A stretch of DNA of 64,000 nt from positions 49,786,001 to 49,850,000 of the forward strand of contig OZ024750.1 of the NCBI GenBank assembly GCA_964016885.1, in the 5' to 3' direction. The DNA is from Eledone cirrhosa (lineage: Eukaryota). Below are positions 52,998 to 64,000 of the stretch, one piece after another. The first letter of the stretch is position 1. Each line of letters begins with the position of its first letter. The notes beneath the pieces were generated by a model that saw only the letters and a list, made by a program, of their open reading frames with translations, had not been told where the DNA came from and made no database searches. Made by a program: the position numbers and the translations under genes.

Positions 52998-53051
52998 AGG
53001 ATGAATATAAAATGAAAGTGCTTTTTTTAAAAAATGAATTTATTAGGGATT

Positions 53052-53160
53052 GACATATGTTTCTGTAACAGACTGAATACCTATGTATCGCTGCTTGCGT
53101 AATCATATAATGTTAGCAAGTATTCGATAGCAAATATATAATCAGTTGTCACTTCTTCAG
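53052..53160 (-). ncRNA. hammerhead-like motif, long stem II (inverted arm)
   Basis: Reverse complement of 54503-54611. Confidence 0.55.
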
Positions 53161-54502
53161 AGATTTTGGATAAATTGGATAAAATCAGAAAAATTGAAGT
53201 ATTTATATTAGTAATAGAGGAAGAAACAGAGGGGATAGTATATGACAGATGGTAAATTAATTTACTGCTAAACAAGTATATAATGGGTTTCTAATGAGAA
53301 TACCATGAGTAAATCTAAATAAGAATTTTGGGAGTGCCAATTTTAATCTCTACTTGACCAACTGGACAGTGGACAGGGCTGGTCATTTGGTGCAGTAGTA
53401 TTAATTATAAAGTGTCAATTGGGGAAGGGGGAGATTTCGATTGCTACTAAATAACATCAATGCTAGTAGCCAGCTGGTATATGCATTAGGGAATTGAATC
53501 AAGAAATCAGAAATCTCATTTTATCTATAGCAGTTTGTATCAAAAGGTAAATAATAGAAGAGTTGATAGAATTAAGACTAATAAAGAATGTTAATATCTA
53601 TTTTGACAATCAAACGGGGATAGAGACAGGCGTTCAATCCTGGTAGTATTTATAATATGAAAATGTAGATTTTAAGCGATGGTTACAGTATAACGATCGC
53701 TCTATTCTGTTATTTAATAAAATGTTTTTGGATTTCATAATACAAAATAATTCTACATTACATAATTTACAAAATTCCTGTCCATGGGAATAGGGCAGGG
53801 GGGGCAGCCGCTATTATATCCCATTTTAGGTGAACTTGTTGGTTATTTTCACGCAGCTGCCAAGCCTTGTCTGCGAGTGTTGTTACACTTTTGTAAATTA
53901 TGTAATGTAGAATTATTTTGTATTATGAAATCCAAAAACATTTTATTAAATAACAGAATAGAGCGATCGTTATACTGTAACCATCGCTTAAAATCTACAT
54001 TTTCATATTATAAATACTACCAGGATTGAACGCCTGTCTCTATCCCCGTTTGATTGTCAAAATAGATATTAACATTCTTTATTAGTCTTAATTCTATCAA
54101 CTCTTCTATTATTTACCTTTTGATACAAACTGCTATAGATAAAATGAGATTTCTGATTTCTTGATTCAATTCCCTAATGCATATACCAGCTGGCTACTAG
54201 CATTGATGTTATTCAGTAGCAATGGAAATCTCCCCCTTCCCCAATTGACACTTTATAATTAATACTACTGCACCAAATGACCAGCCCTGTCCACTGTCCA
54301 GTTGGTCAAGTAGAGATTAAAATTGGCACTCCCAAAATTCTTATTTAGATTTACTCATGGTATTCTCATTAGAAACCCATTATATACTTGTTTAGCAGTG
54401 AATTAATTTACCATCTGTCATATACTATCCCCTCTGTTTCTTCCTCTATTACTAATATAAATACTTCAATTTTTCTGATTTTATCCAATTTATCCAAAAT
54501 CT

Positions 54503-54611
54503 CTGAAGAAGTGACAACTGATTATACATTTGCTATCGAATACTTGCTAACATTATATGATTACGCAAGCAGCGATACATAGGTATTCAGTCTGTTACAG
54601 AAACATATGTC
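54503..54611 (+). ncRNA. hammerhead-like motif, ~90-nt stem II, weak stem I
   Basis: CTGAAGA-A GTGACA..TGTTAC A-GAAA-CATATG-TC, then AATAAA; stem I is not clearly paired. Confidence 0.55.
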
Positions 54612-54792
54612 AATACCTAATAAATTCCTTTTTTAAAAAAAGCACTTTCATTTTATATTCATCCTTTCTACATTTTCTCCGGAATATAATTTATACTCGT
54701 TGAGCAAACCTGCACGTACGCTGTTCATCTCTAACGTAACGATATATTATCACTACATTATGGATAACCTGAAATTTTATATATATATATAT

Positions 54793-55773
54793 TTGCCGAG
54801 CCCCACGTGGGGTCGGTAACGGTCATTCCTTAAATTAACACTCGAACTAAAACCTGTTGAAAAGGTGGCTTCCTTGTTCAATCATCTTACCAGAAGCCTA
54901 AGATCAGTTGTGTAAGCGGACAGTACTTGATTTAGGAGTCGCAGAAACCCAAATGCTGGATTTTACCAACCAGCCAGGGGTCCGGGTAAATTTTTTCAAT
55001 CGCATATATTTTTATTTGTTTGACCCCAATTACTTGGTCGTTTTTATGGCTTTGCGGATGATTGTTTAACCAGCGTCCCAGTGTGTTTTGCCTTTAACGT
55101 ATGTTGTATCTCTGGTTCATCTGAATCATTGAGCGCTTGCCACCCGGAAGTTGTCTTTCGTTAATTCCTAAGCCGAAATACTATCTCGCTAATTTATATT
55201 TGTATTAATCTCCAGTGTCTAGCTATTGACCAGTTAATTTTCTTGATTTTTTTAGTTGATTCTATTGTCTGATGAATAGCTTATGTTATCTTATAACCAT
55301 TATGTTGAGAGCTTAATTCGTTTTGTGATGTTTTGCATTCTTGCAATAATATACACATACTGAATTCATCCGCCTAAAATAAGGGTTTCCCCCCTTGCCG
55401 AGCCCTACGTGGGGTCGGTAACGGTCATACCTTAAATTAGGACTCGAACTGTTGAAAAAGTGGCTTCCTTGTTCAATCATCTTATCAGAAGCCTAACATT
55501 ATTTGTGTAAGCGGACAGTACTTGATTTAGGAGTCGCAGAAACCCAAATGCTGGATTTTACTAACCATCCAGGGGTCCGGCTAAATTTTATCAATCACAT
55601 ATATTTTTATTTGTTTGACCCGAATTACTTGGTTGTTTTTATGGCTTTTCGGATTATTGTTTAACCATCGCCTCAGTGTGTTTGGCCTTTAACGTATGTT
55701 GTAGCTCTTGCCACACATCTCGGAAGTTGCTTTTCGTTAATTCCTAAGCCAAAATACGATTCTCGCTAATTTA

Positions 55774-55778
<5 letters not shown>
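54793..55778 (+). repeat. family D tandem pair
   Basis: Units start at 54793 and 55395 with hairpin TTGCCGA..CCCCACGTGGGG..TCGGTAA and end TCTCGCTAATTTATA; the second runs into (TA)n. Confidence 0.8.
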
Positions 55779-55836
<58 letters not shown>

Positions 55837-56116
55837 AGTTACTATATAGGTTCATCCGGTTGAGCACTCGATGTTTAGTTTCACTTCAGTGTCGAGGTGT
55901 AGAGCTAGACAGAGTATATTATAGTGAAAAGATAACAAGGACGATTGGTTACTACTTCATTACATTTATTGTTTGGTCACGCGCGTTTTGCCACTGATCA
56001 CCTAAGGGGGGAGGGGGCTATTTTCATTGTCGAAAATAAAACACTAAAACTTTTGTTGTAGTCGTTGACTTTACTCTAAAGTTGTGTTCATTTACAAAGG
56101 TTCATAATCCTTTGCG

Positions 56117-56236
56117 GTCTGAGTTCAAATCCCGCCGAGGTTAACTTTGCCTTTCATCCTTACGGGGTCGATAAAATAAAGTACCAGTAATGTACTGGGT
56201 AATTGATGGCCTTGTGCCAAAAGTAGAAACAATTAT
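56117..56236 (+). mobile_element. 5'-truncated S1 SINE
   Basis: Runs from the B-box through GTGCCAAAAGTAGAAACAATT. Confidence 0.9.
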
Positions 56237-56238
56237 TT

Positions 56239-56279
<41 letters not shown>

Positions 56280-56324
56280 TACCCTCACACACACACACAC
56301 ATATACACACACGCACTCACACAT

Positions 56325-56359
<35 letters not shown>

Positions 56360-56755
56360 CGACGATTTTAGTGTATATAATATTACATGTGTGGTGTATA
56401 TTTAATTTTATTTTTTATTATGACAACATGAGGATCCTGTGAGTACACATGTGAATCTTCAGAGTAACAAAACTCATCACGTAGTCATTATAAAGAAATA
56501 TTAAAACACTACGATGGTATTGAGTACTCACCCTTGTGTTCGACAATATCACTAACATACTAATATATATTTCGTTTAGAAATTACTCTCCAAAGAACTA
56601 AAACTGTTTCATTACTAAGAAATTATTGATAGATTGCTGATGGGTAGAGAAGAAGAAGAAGAAGAAGAAGAAGAAGAAGAAGAAGAATGCATACAAAATC
56701 AATAAATATTCGTGCCTGTGCATTGTATGGTCTTATATATGTATATGAGTGTGTG

Positions 56756-56799
<44 letters not shown>

Positions 56800-56803
<4 letters not shown>

Positions 56804-57575
56804 ATTGAATAAACAAGAGTGATGAACACTAATATAAACATACATGTGTTCGAGGGTGAAAACATACTAACTACAGCAATATGGTTTGACGGACTTAATT
56901 TTAAGAAGTAAATTAAGAAAAATAATTGACCTATATCGGGCAATCGCCTGGTAACAACTAGACAGTTTTGAAAACTGATACGCAACATCTTATTAAGTGA
57001 AGTCAACACGTTTCTCTGCTCCTCAGTAGTTGTTGAGAAATTACCGATCTTTTCACTTCTAAAACTATTAGAAGACTGAATTGTGTGTGATATGATATAG
57101 ATAGCGCACGTGTCTCCGGAACCCAGCTTGTCTCGAAATCTCGTGCCATTAAAAATAGCAGCTTGGTTAACAAGACATTGAAATTGGTTCTACATGATGG
57201 AGCCTACAAATATATAGAGAGTTAGAAACTCAGAGCAGTCTCTTACAATTAAATAGCTTTAAGAAAAAAGCTTTTCTGAGCCGAGTAATATAATTGAATA
57301 AACAAGAGAGATGAACACTAATATTAAGATACATGTGTTCGAATCATTAAGACTAGGTTAGCTAGAGTGAAAAAATACTAACTACAGCAATATGGTTTGT
57401 CAGACTTAATTTTAAGTAGACAATTAAGAAAAATAACAGACCTATATCGGGCAATCGCCTGGTAACAACTAGACAGTTTTGAAAACTGTTCGCAACATCT
57501 TATTAAGTGAAGTCAACATGTTTCTCTGCTACTCAGTAATTGTTGAGGAATTAGCGATCTTTCCACTTCTAAAAA
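56800..57575 (-). mobile_element. direct-repeat (pLTR-like) pair abutting (TA)n
   Basis: A ~270-bp unit at about 56800-57064 is repeated at about 57288-57574; only an HHR relic (GAAA-CATG-TT) is visible on the minus strand. Confidence 0.65.
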
Positions 57576-57586
57576 TAAATATCAGG

Positions 57587-58928
57587 TATTCGAAATATAT
57601 CAGGTATTCGAATATATCAGGTATTCGAGATATCAGGTATTCGAAATATAATACGAGAATGTAATAGATAAAATCCATGGGGCTGAAAATCGAGGACCCG
57701 AGGGCGACCGCTATTCAGCACCTTCTACCTTTGCCGGTCGCCCCCGAGTGACGTGGCTAAAGCTTACAGTGTGCGACTACCGGTCAAATAAAGGAAAACA
57801 GAAAGGGGTAGGGAACATAAGTTAGCGTTAATCTCATGCCACAAGAAAAAAGAAAGAAAGAAAGGAAGAAGAGAAAAGAAGGGGAGGGAAGAAGAAGAGA
57901 AGCCAGGGTTAATGTCAGCTATAATAAGAAAGACAGAAAGAAAGGGGAGGACAGGTCGGTATTACAGTCAGGCCAGGATTGTCGCGAAGAAATGTTTGTT
58001 TATTCTAAGGGACCCGTATCTTAACAACTACAACCGGTCAAATATAGGCAGTCAAAAAGTGGAAGGAAGATAAGTCTGCGGGAGGAAGACAGAAAGAAGG
58101 GAGAAGAGAAGGGAGAAGAGAAGGAAGGAAAGGAGGAAGTAGAAAAGTCAGGGTTGATGGCTACAAGAAGAAAGATAGAAGGAAAGAGGAAGAAAGGTCG
58201 ATATTAATGTCAGACTACAGTCAGGCCAGGAGTGGCGCGAGAAAATGTTCACAGGGACCCGTATCTTAGCAGAGTTAAATATAGTGGGGGTCAGTGTGTT
58301 ATAATGTGTGAGCAGAAGATTGGAACGTTACGTTTTTGTTTAGACTTATAGGATGAAGTTAAAAATTAATAATTAATATTTAATATCCAAGAAATTAGAA
58401 AATTTAAAGTTAAACAGTTTAACATGTTAAGGTTGATATCTCCAAATGGTTCTGATTTGACCTGTAATTTAAAGGTACTATGTGGCGGTTAAACCACTGT
58501 AATAGCGACATTTCCTCCTCTTTCTTTCTGTCTTTCTTATTATAGCTGACATTAACCCTGGCTTCTCTTATTCTTCCTTCCCCCTTCTTCTCTCTTCTTC
58601 CTTTCTTTCTTTCTTTTTTCGTGTGGCATGAAATTAACGCTAACTTATGTTCCCTATCCCTTTCTGTTTTCCTTTATCTGACCGGTAGTAGCACACTGTA
58701 AGCTTTAGCCACGTCACTCGAGGGCGACCGGCTAAAGTAGAAGGTGCTGAATAGCGGTCGCCCTCGGGTCATCGATCTTCAGCCCCATGGATTTTATCTA
58801 TTACATTCCCGTATTATATTTCGAATACCTGATGATATCACCGGATTCATACGGAACCCGGTGATTGAAATGATCATAGTATAATAAACCTTTCAAGGAT
58901 TTACACAAATCCAGCCTCCTGTCATTTC

Positions 58929-58932
<4 letters not shown>
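57587..58932. mobile_element. PLE-derived foldback with HHR
   Basis: Arms at about 57630-57950 and 58513-58833, internal duplication 57778-58023 / 58031-58268, ending in (TA)n. Confidence 0.8.
58825..58882 (+). ncRNA. minimal type-I hammerhead
   Basis: ATAC-CTGATGA-T ATCACCGG..CCGGTGAT T-GAAA-TGATCA-TA-GTAT-AATAAA. Confidence 0.85.
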
Positions 58933-58994
<62 letters not shown>

Positions 58995-58999
<5 letters not shown>

Positions 59000-59548
59000 A
59001 TTTACACATACACAAAGTCACAGATATATATGTGGCAACCGTTCACGATGTGGCTCAATGAAGAATTAATAAATTAAGTAAGCAGAGCAATATATCATAA
59101 ATGATGTCCATACAATCATTTGATAAAATATATACACTATTTCCTCTCCCAACTAGCATAAGTAACCAGATAAAAATCAATTAGACCAGGCTATAAGTAT
59201 AAAGGCTCCTATGAAGAAATATTTGATAAATAAACGAAACGGCCTCTTCGCGGCTGACTGCAATAGAATATTTACCCAACATGTCAACAGCATGTAGAAA
59301 TTGACTAAATATATCGTCAACTATACTCAATTAGGTATAAATTTAAAGTCAGAAGAAATGCGTACATTCTTACCGTGATTTCGACCCTACCATGGTTTCG
59401 TTCGTATTTTGAGATATCCTATTAAGGATAAATGTCGATTATCGAACTCATCGTTTATTTATCAAATATTTCTTCTTAGGAGGCTTTATTCTTATAGCCT
59501 GGACTAATTGATATTTTATGTGGTTAATTATGCTAGTTGGGAGAGGAA

Positions 59549-59552
<4 letters not shown>
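58995..59552. mobile_element. family B foldback, copy 3
   Basis: Arms at about 59139-59237 and 59451-59552; TA flanks. Confidence 0.75.
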
Positions 59553-59644
<92 letters not shown>

Positions 59645-59920
59645 ATATATATATATACATATATATATATACTTAACTAATGAGTGTTAAAACTTAACCA
59701 ATGAAACAATTGTTAATACTATAAATAAAACCCTTTTTGTACTGTTGACCATGTTATTCTTCATTCTATCACTATATATATATATATATTAATTAGTTAA
59801 GTATATATACTTAATATATATATACTTTTCTATCAACCAATGACCTACACCCCTCCCACTCCCTACCCTCTCCTACCACCTGAAGAGACCTATAAATACC
59901 ATACTTATTTGTTGATACCC

Positions 59921-59971
59921 AGATTCCTGATGATTTCTAAAGAATGAAACAGTTCTAGTACTGTAGAATCT
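59921..59971 (+). ncRNA. type-I hammerhead with intramolecular stem III
   Basis: AGATTC-CTGATGA-T TTCT AA AGAA T-GAAA-CAGT TCTAGT ACTG-TA-GAATCT; 6-bp stem I and GUA triplet. Confidence 0.85.
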
Positions 59972-59986
59972 CATCTATATTAAAAC

Positions 59987-60018
<32 letters not shown>

Positions 60019-60160
60019 AAGTTAATTACATGTATGTTAATTACATGTATATACACACACCTAACTGCATAAACATTTTTTGTATTTTCATTGGTCAATT
60101 TGAACTCTGTTCCCAAACGGACCTGAAATTTTGAATTGTTGTTATTATCAATAAATATAT

Positions 60161-60315
60161 TTCATTATTTCTGAAGACGGCATATATATGTGTTTGGTAT
60201 GTATATTTAATTTTGATAGTTTGTATAATTTTGTATAATTTTGTACATAGATCTGTTGAATATGCATGCCAATTCTAACACATATATATCCTAGAAACGA
60301 TCGTTAAATAATGAA
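60161..60315 (+). ncRNA. hammerhead with ~115-nt stem II domain
   Basis: TTCATTATTT-CTGAAGA-..ATATATATGTGTT/AACACATATATAT..-GAAA-CGATCG-TT-AAATAATGAA; 10-bp stem I. Confidence 0.8.
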
Positions 60316-60369
60316 CTTTTTTTGTTTAATATAAGGAACTGTTTCATTGTTTTATTCATTATTTTTTTA

Positions 60370-60428
<59 letters not shown>

Positions 60429-60767
60429 CCAGGCTGCTATTTTAATATGTGTGCGTCTGTGTGTGTCTCCGTGTTTGTGCGGTGTGTTGTGAGCGCAAAA
60501 TTAAAATAATTCTCTTTGCATTCTGCTGGCAGAGAGTTCCTCTGCAAAAGAGACTGTCTACACTGAAATGTATTTATGTAAGGTCCCGTAACTCCCGATA
60601 GAGTCGTAAGGGCATTGTTTTGACATGCAGCGTTTTTTCGGCGTTTTAAGCCTGGTGGAGCACATGACTCTCCATGCCTGAATACAGTCGATTACTTCCA
60701 GAGAAAGATAGAAATATAGAAAATAAGAGAGAGGCAGAAAGAAAGAGTCATAGACGAAGAATGGACC

Positions 60768-60918
60768 CGGGTACTCAACTGGTACTTTTGTTATTGACCT
60801 CGAAAGGATGAAAGGCAAAGTTGACCTCAGCGGGAATTGAACGCCGAGAGTAGAGAGCCGGACCGAATGCCATAAAGTATTTCATCTGACGTTCTATCGA
60901 CTCTGTCACTTCACCGCC
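60768..60918 (-). mobile_element. diverged S1-type SINE
   Basis: CTGGTACTT..GAAAGGATGAAAGGCAAAGTTGACCTC..TCACCGCC. Confidence 0.75.
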
Positions 60919-60930
60919 TACACACAGACA

Positions 60931-61020
60931 TTCTTCTTCTTCTTCTTCTTCTTCTTCTTCTTCTTCTTCTTCTTCTTCTTCTTCTTCTTCTTCTTCTTCT
61001 TCTTCTTCTTCTTCTTCTTC
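60931..61020. repeat. (CTT)n microsatellite
   Basis: Read directly. Confidence 0.95.
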
Positions 61021-61838
61021 CAGGAATGATCGTGATGGCGGAGTCCTCAAGTTGTGGATCCTGTCAGAAGCAACTGTCCCCACTTTATACGGCTGTGTAT
61101 TGTTATTTACTTTATATAGAGATAAACGTTTCTTAAATCCTTATTTCCATGTTTTCTTCGTCCTTTTATTCTTCTCCTCCTTATAGCAATGGGGAAACAT
61201 ATTTAAAACATCCCCTGACGTGTAAACAAAATAACAGCTCTACTTGTAATTTGAAGGGTACGTCAGGGGACACATTTCTAATATGTGTTCAATATGGTCT
61301 CCATGGACGTCCATGGGTTTACCTAGAAAATGTATATTGACGAAGCAGTTAGCTGTCACTCAGGGTTCAATGCTGAAGCATGGCTGTCGTTGCAGTTTAG
61401 CCAGATGACAGTTGTGCATGTATCTAAGGCAATATTACCAGAGGTGTTGATTGATAATAAATACAGGCGATTGAGCTGACATCTATGGTAGAGTAAAACA
61501 CAATTCGGGTACCATCAGTATTTTAATTCAATGCTTATATTATACCGTTGTAGTCTGAATGGAACTGATGTGCCTATGATAAGATAGCTACACTGATGTA
61601 TCGGAAATACTGAAAAATGTAGAATAAAATCGAACCCATCTCACGATTCATTAGTATTGACACGCACATTTTTCTCAATCAAGAGCATGTTTCATTTTTT
61701 TCCGCATTCGTTAAATTAAGTTAAACTTCAAATCCTACGGAGTAAACACCTCGAAATATTTAAGTGTTAATTTGATTACAAAAGCAGATTTTTACAAGCA
61801 ACCTATGCACCGCCCTCTCCTCTTTCTATTTGGATATG

Positions 61839-61928
<90 letters not shown>

Positions 61929-61948
61929 TAATATGTATGTGATGAAAC

Positions 61949-62945
61949 ACAGATACCAACACATCTGTATATATATTGCAAAAGAAAAATTTAGCCAGAT
62001 TGAAGTATACTAATTATTATACTACAGTTTGTCCATATCGATTTAAAATAATAAATCAACGAAGACGAACTCTATTGCCAAGAGGCCGTGATGTTTAGAC
62101 ACATTTAAATTTCAAAATCAAACCTGTTCCGTAGATAAGTTTAGACTTTAAGATCCAAATATGTTTCGAGTTAAATAAGTGTAGGAATATCATGTCCTGC
62201 ACTCCTCAGTAAACATCCAGAGACAAATTGATATGCTTCACTTCTAAATAATTTAAAAGACTGCGTGACGCACATGGTTTTACAGTATCTAACTAGTCTC
62301 ATCACCGTACTGCTAGAAATAACAGTCGTATATATGAGGCGGCTTGCAGCTCAAACTAGGAGCAGTTAAAATTAATAAGGTAATGAATTCTTTTACAATG
62401 GAATCAGCTCGAAGGAGGAAAATATCCCCTGAGCAGTGTATGAATTAATATGTCTTTTAAATTATTTAGAAGTGAAGCATATCAATTTGTCTCTGGATGT
62501 TTACTGAGGAGTGCAGGACATGATATAACTGCTCCTAGGCTGAGCTGAACGTTGCCTCATATATACGACTGTTATTTCTAGCAGTACGGTTATGAGACTA
62601 GCTAGAAACTGTAAACCATGTGCGTTACACAGTCTTTTAAATTATTTAGAAGTGAAGCATATCAATTTGTCCCTGGATGTTTACTGAGGAGTGCAGGACA
62701 TGATATTCCTACACTTATTTAACTCGAAACATATTTGGATCTTAAAGTTTAAACTTATCTACGGAACAGGTTTGATTATGAAATTTAAATGTGTCTAAAC
62801 ATCACGGCCTCTTGGCAATACAGTTCGTCTTCGTTGATGTATTATTTTAAATCGATATGGACAAACTGTAGTATAATAATTAGTATACTTCAATCTGGCT
62901 AAATTTTTCTTTTGCAATATATATACAGATGTGTTGGTATCTGTT
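61949..62945. mobile_element. ~420-bp-arm foldback with relic HHR
   Basis: Arms at about 61949-62369 and 62526-62945, with an extra partial unit at 62453-62526. CTGAGGA..GAAACATATTTG at 62684-62737 lacks an NUH triplet. Confidence 0.75.
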
Positions 62946-63378
62946 TTTATGTTAAAAAAGTGGCTCCAGCGCTACTTGGTGTTTGCAAAAATTCTTGTGG
63001 TCAAAACAATTTTGATTGGTCGGTAGAGGTCATGTGAATAAAAAATTGATTTTGCGCCAAGACTGGGAAATGACACTTTCACAACAAATATGTGTGTGTG
63101 TGTGTGTGTGTAGTAGTAGTCGTAAGGTGTTCGATGTTGTGATAATGGTTAGCAGGGATGTGTGTCAAATGGCTATTAAGATAAGTGTGTGTGGGTGTGT
63201 GTGTGTGTGTGTGTATGTGTGTGTGTGTGTGTGTGTGTGTATAGCAGAGTACTTCGTGGTAGCAGGGATGGTCAGTAGGAATGTGTCTGAAAAACATATT
63301 TTGACATGCTAAAATACCCCCACTGCTTACAGACACATTCCTACTGACCATCCCTGCTACCACGAATTACTCTGCTAT

Positions 63379-63416
<38 letters not shown>

Positions 63417-63773
63417 ATCTTAATAGCCATTTGACACAATCCCTGCTAACCATTATCAAAACATCGAACACCTTACTACTACTACTACTACACACACACA
63501 CGCATATTTGTTGTGAAAGAGTCATTTCTCAGTATTGGCGCAAAATCAATTTTTTATTCACATGACCTCTACCGACCAATCAAAATTGTTTTGACCACAA
63601 GAATTTTTGCAAACACCAAGTAGCGCTGGAGCCACTTTTTTAACATAAAAATAGTCTTGGCGCAAAATCAATTTTTTACATTCACATGACCTCTACCGAC
63701 CAATCAAACTTGTTTTGACCACAAGGATTTTTGCAACACCAAAGTAGCGCTGGAGCCACTTTTTTAACATAAG
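62945..63773. mobile_element. foldback with extra tandem end
   Basis: Arms at about 62945-63289 and 63330-63651; the terminal ~120 bp is repeated at 63654-63772. Confidence 0.75.
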
Positions 63774-63794
63774 AACTGGTAGAATTCCCAAAAC

Positions 63795-64000
63795 TAATGA
63801 GATCAGAGCAAACAACACGGACACTCTATCTCAAAATTATTTTTGAAAAGCATTTAGAAATGCGCAACCGGTAAAACTTAAAAACTTAAAACCACAACTG
63901 AATACTAACCCATACAATCACTAATGGTCTTTTATTCCTAATTGAACCATTTTTCAACTGTGAACAATTTGTCAGCATTTTCTATTCCGTTTACCAATAT
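63795..64000 (+). mobile_element. family E copy with TTGAAAA..GCAACCGGTA motif
   Basis: Homologous to 39135-39328; motif at 63843-63873. Confidence 0.7.

Larger units (their letters stand above)
52995..54775 (+). mobile_element. PLE 3' end as ~780-bp near-perfect foldback
   Basis: Arms at about 52993-53774 and 53890-54670, tail at 54671-54775. The right arm encodes CKLCNVELFCI..LLNNRIE..CNHR (EN C-terminus, paralleling the 30117 ORF). TA flanks. Confidence 0.85.

Noticed and set aside
57587-57650. CRISPR-like short repeats
   Set aside because: No spacers, eukaryotic context, and the sequence derives from the adjacent element.

Overview
This is AT-rich, microsatellite-saturated eukaryotic DNA. 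The SINE families look like octopus/cephalopod SINEs, recognised from memory rather than by database search. I found no convincing host protein-coding exon; nearly all listed ORFs are microsatellite artefacts or transposon debris. The window is a pile-up of mobile elements: about 16 tRNA-derived SINE copies, a decayed R4/Dong-type LINE ending in (TAA)n, RTE-type LINE remnants, one non-autonomous Helitron and a twice-present long-TIR element with GC-rich cargo. The dominant signal is a set of Penelope-like (PLE) derivatives inserted in (TA)n tracts as foldback (inverted) or tandem pseudo-LTR structures. One carries RT fragments and a GIY-YIG endonuclease ORF with a CxCx5C linker (Hydra-clade-like). 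Reading the 3' ends of these elements by eye reveals about 30 minimal type-I hammerhead ribozyme (HHR) motifs from roughly 15 sequence-unrelated families. Their layout is stem I - CTGANGA - stem II - GAAA - palindromic stem III - NUH - stem I, usually followed by AATAAA and (TA)n. They include U3:A8 compensatory core variants, stem II expansions to over 100 nt with covariation, and a tandem 231-nt retrozyme-like monomer. All structures were folded by eye and none was tested; coordinates may be off by a few bases.
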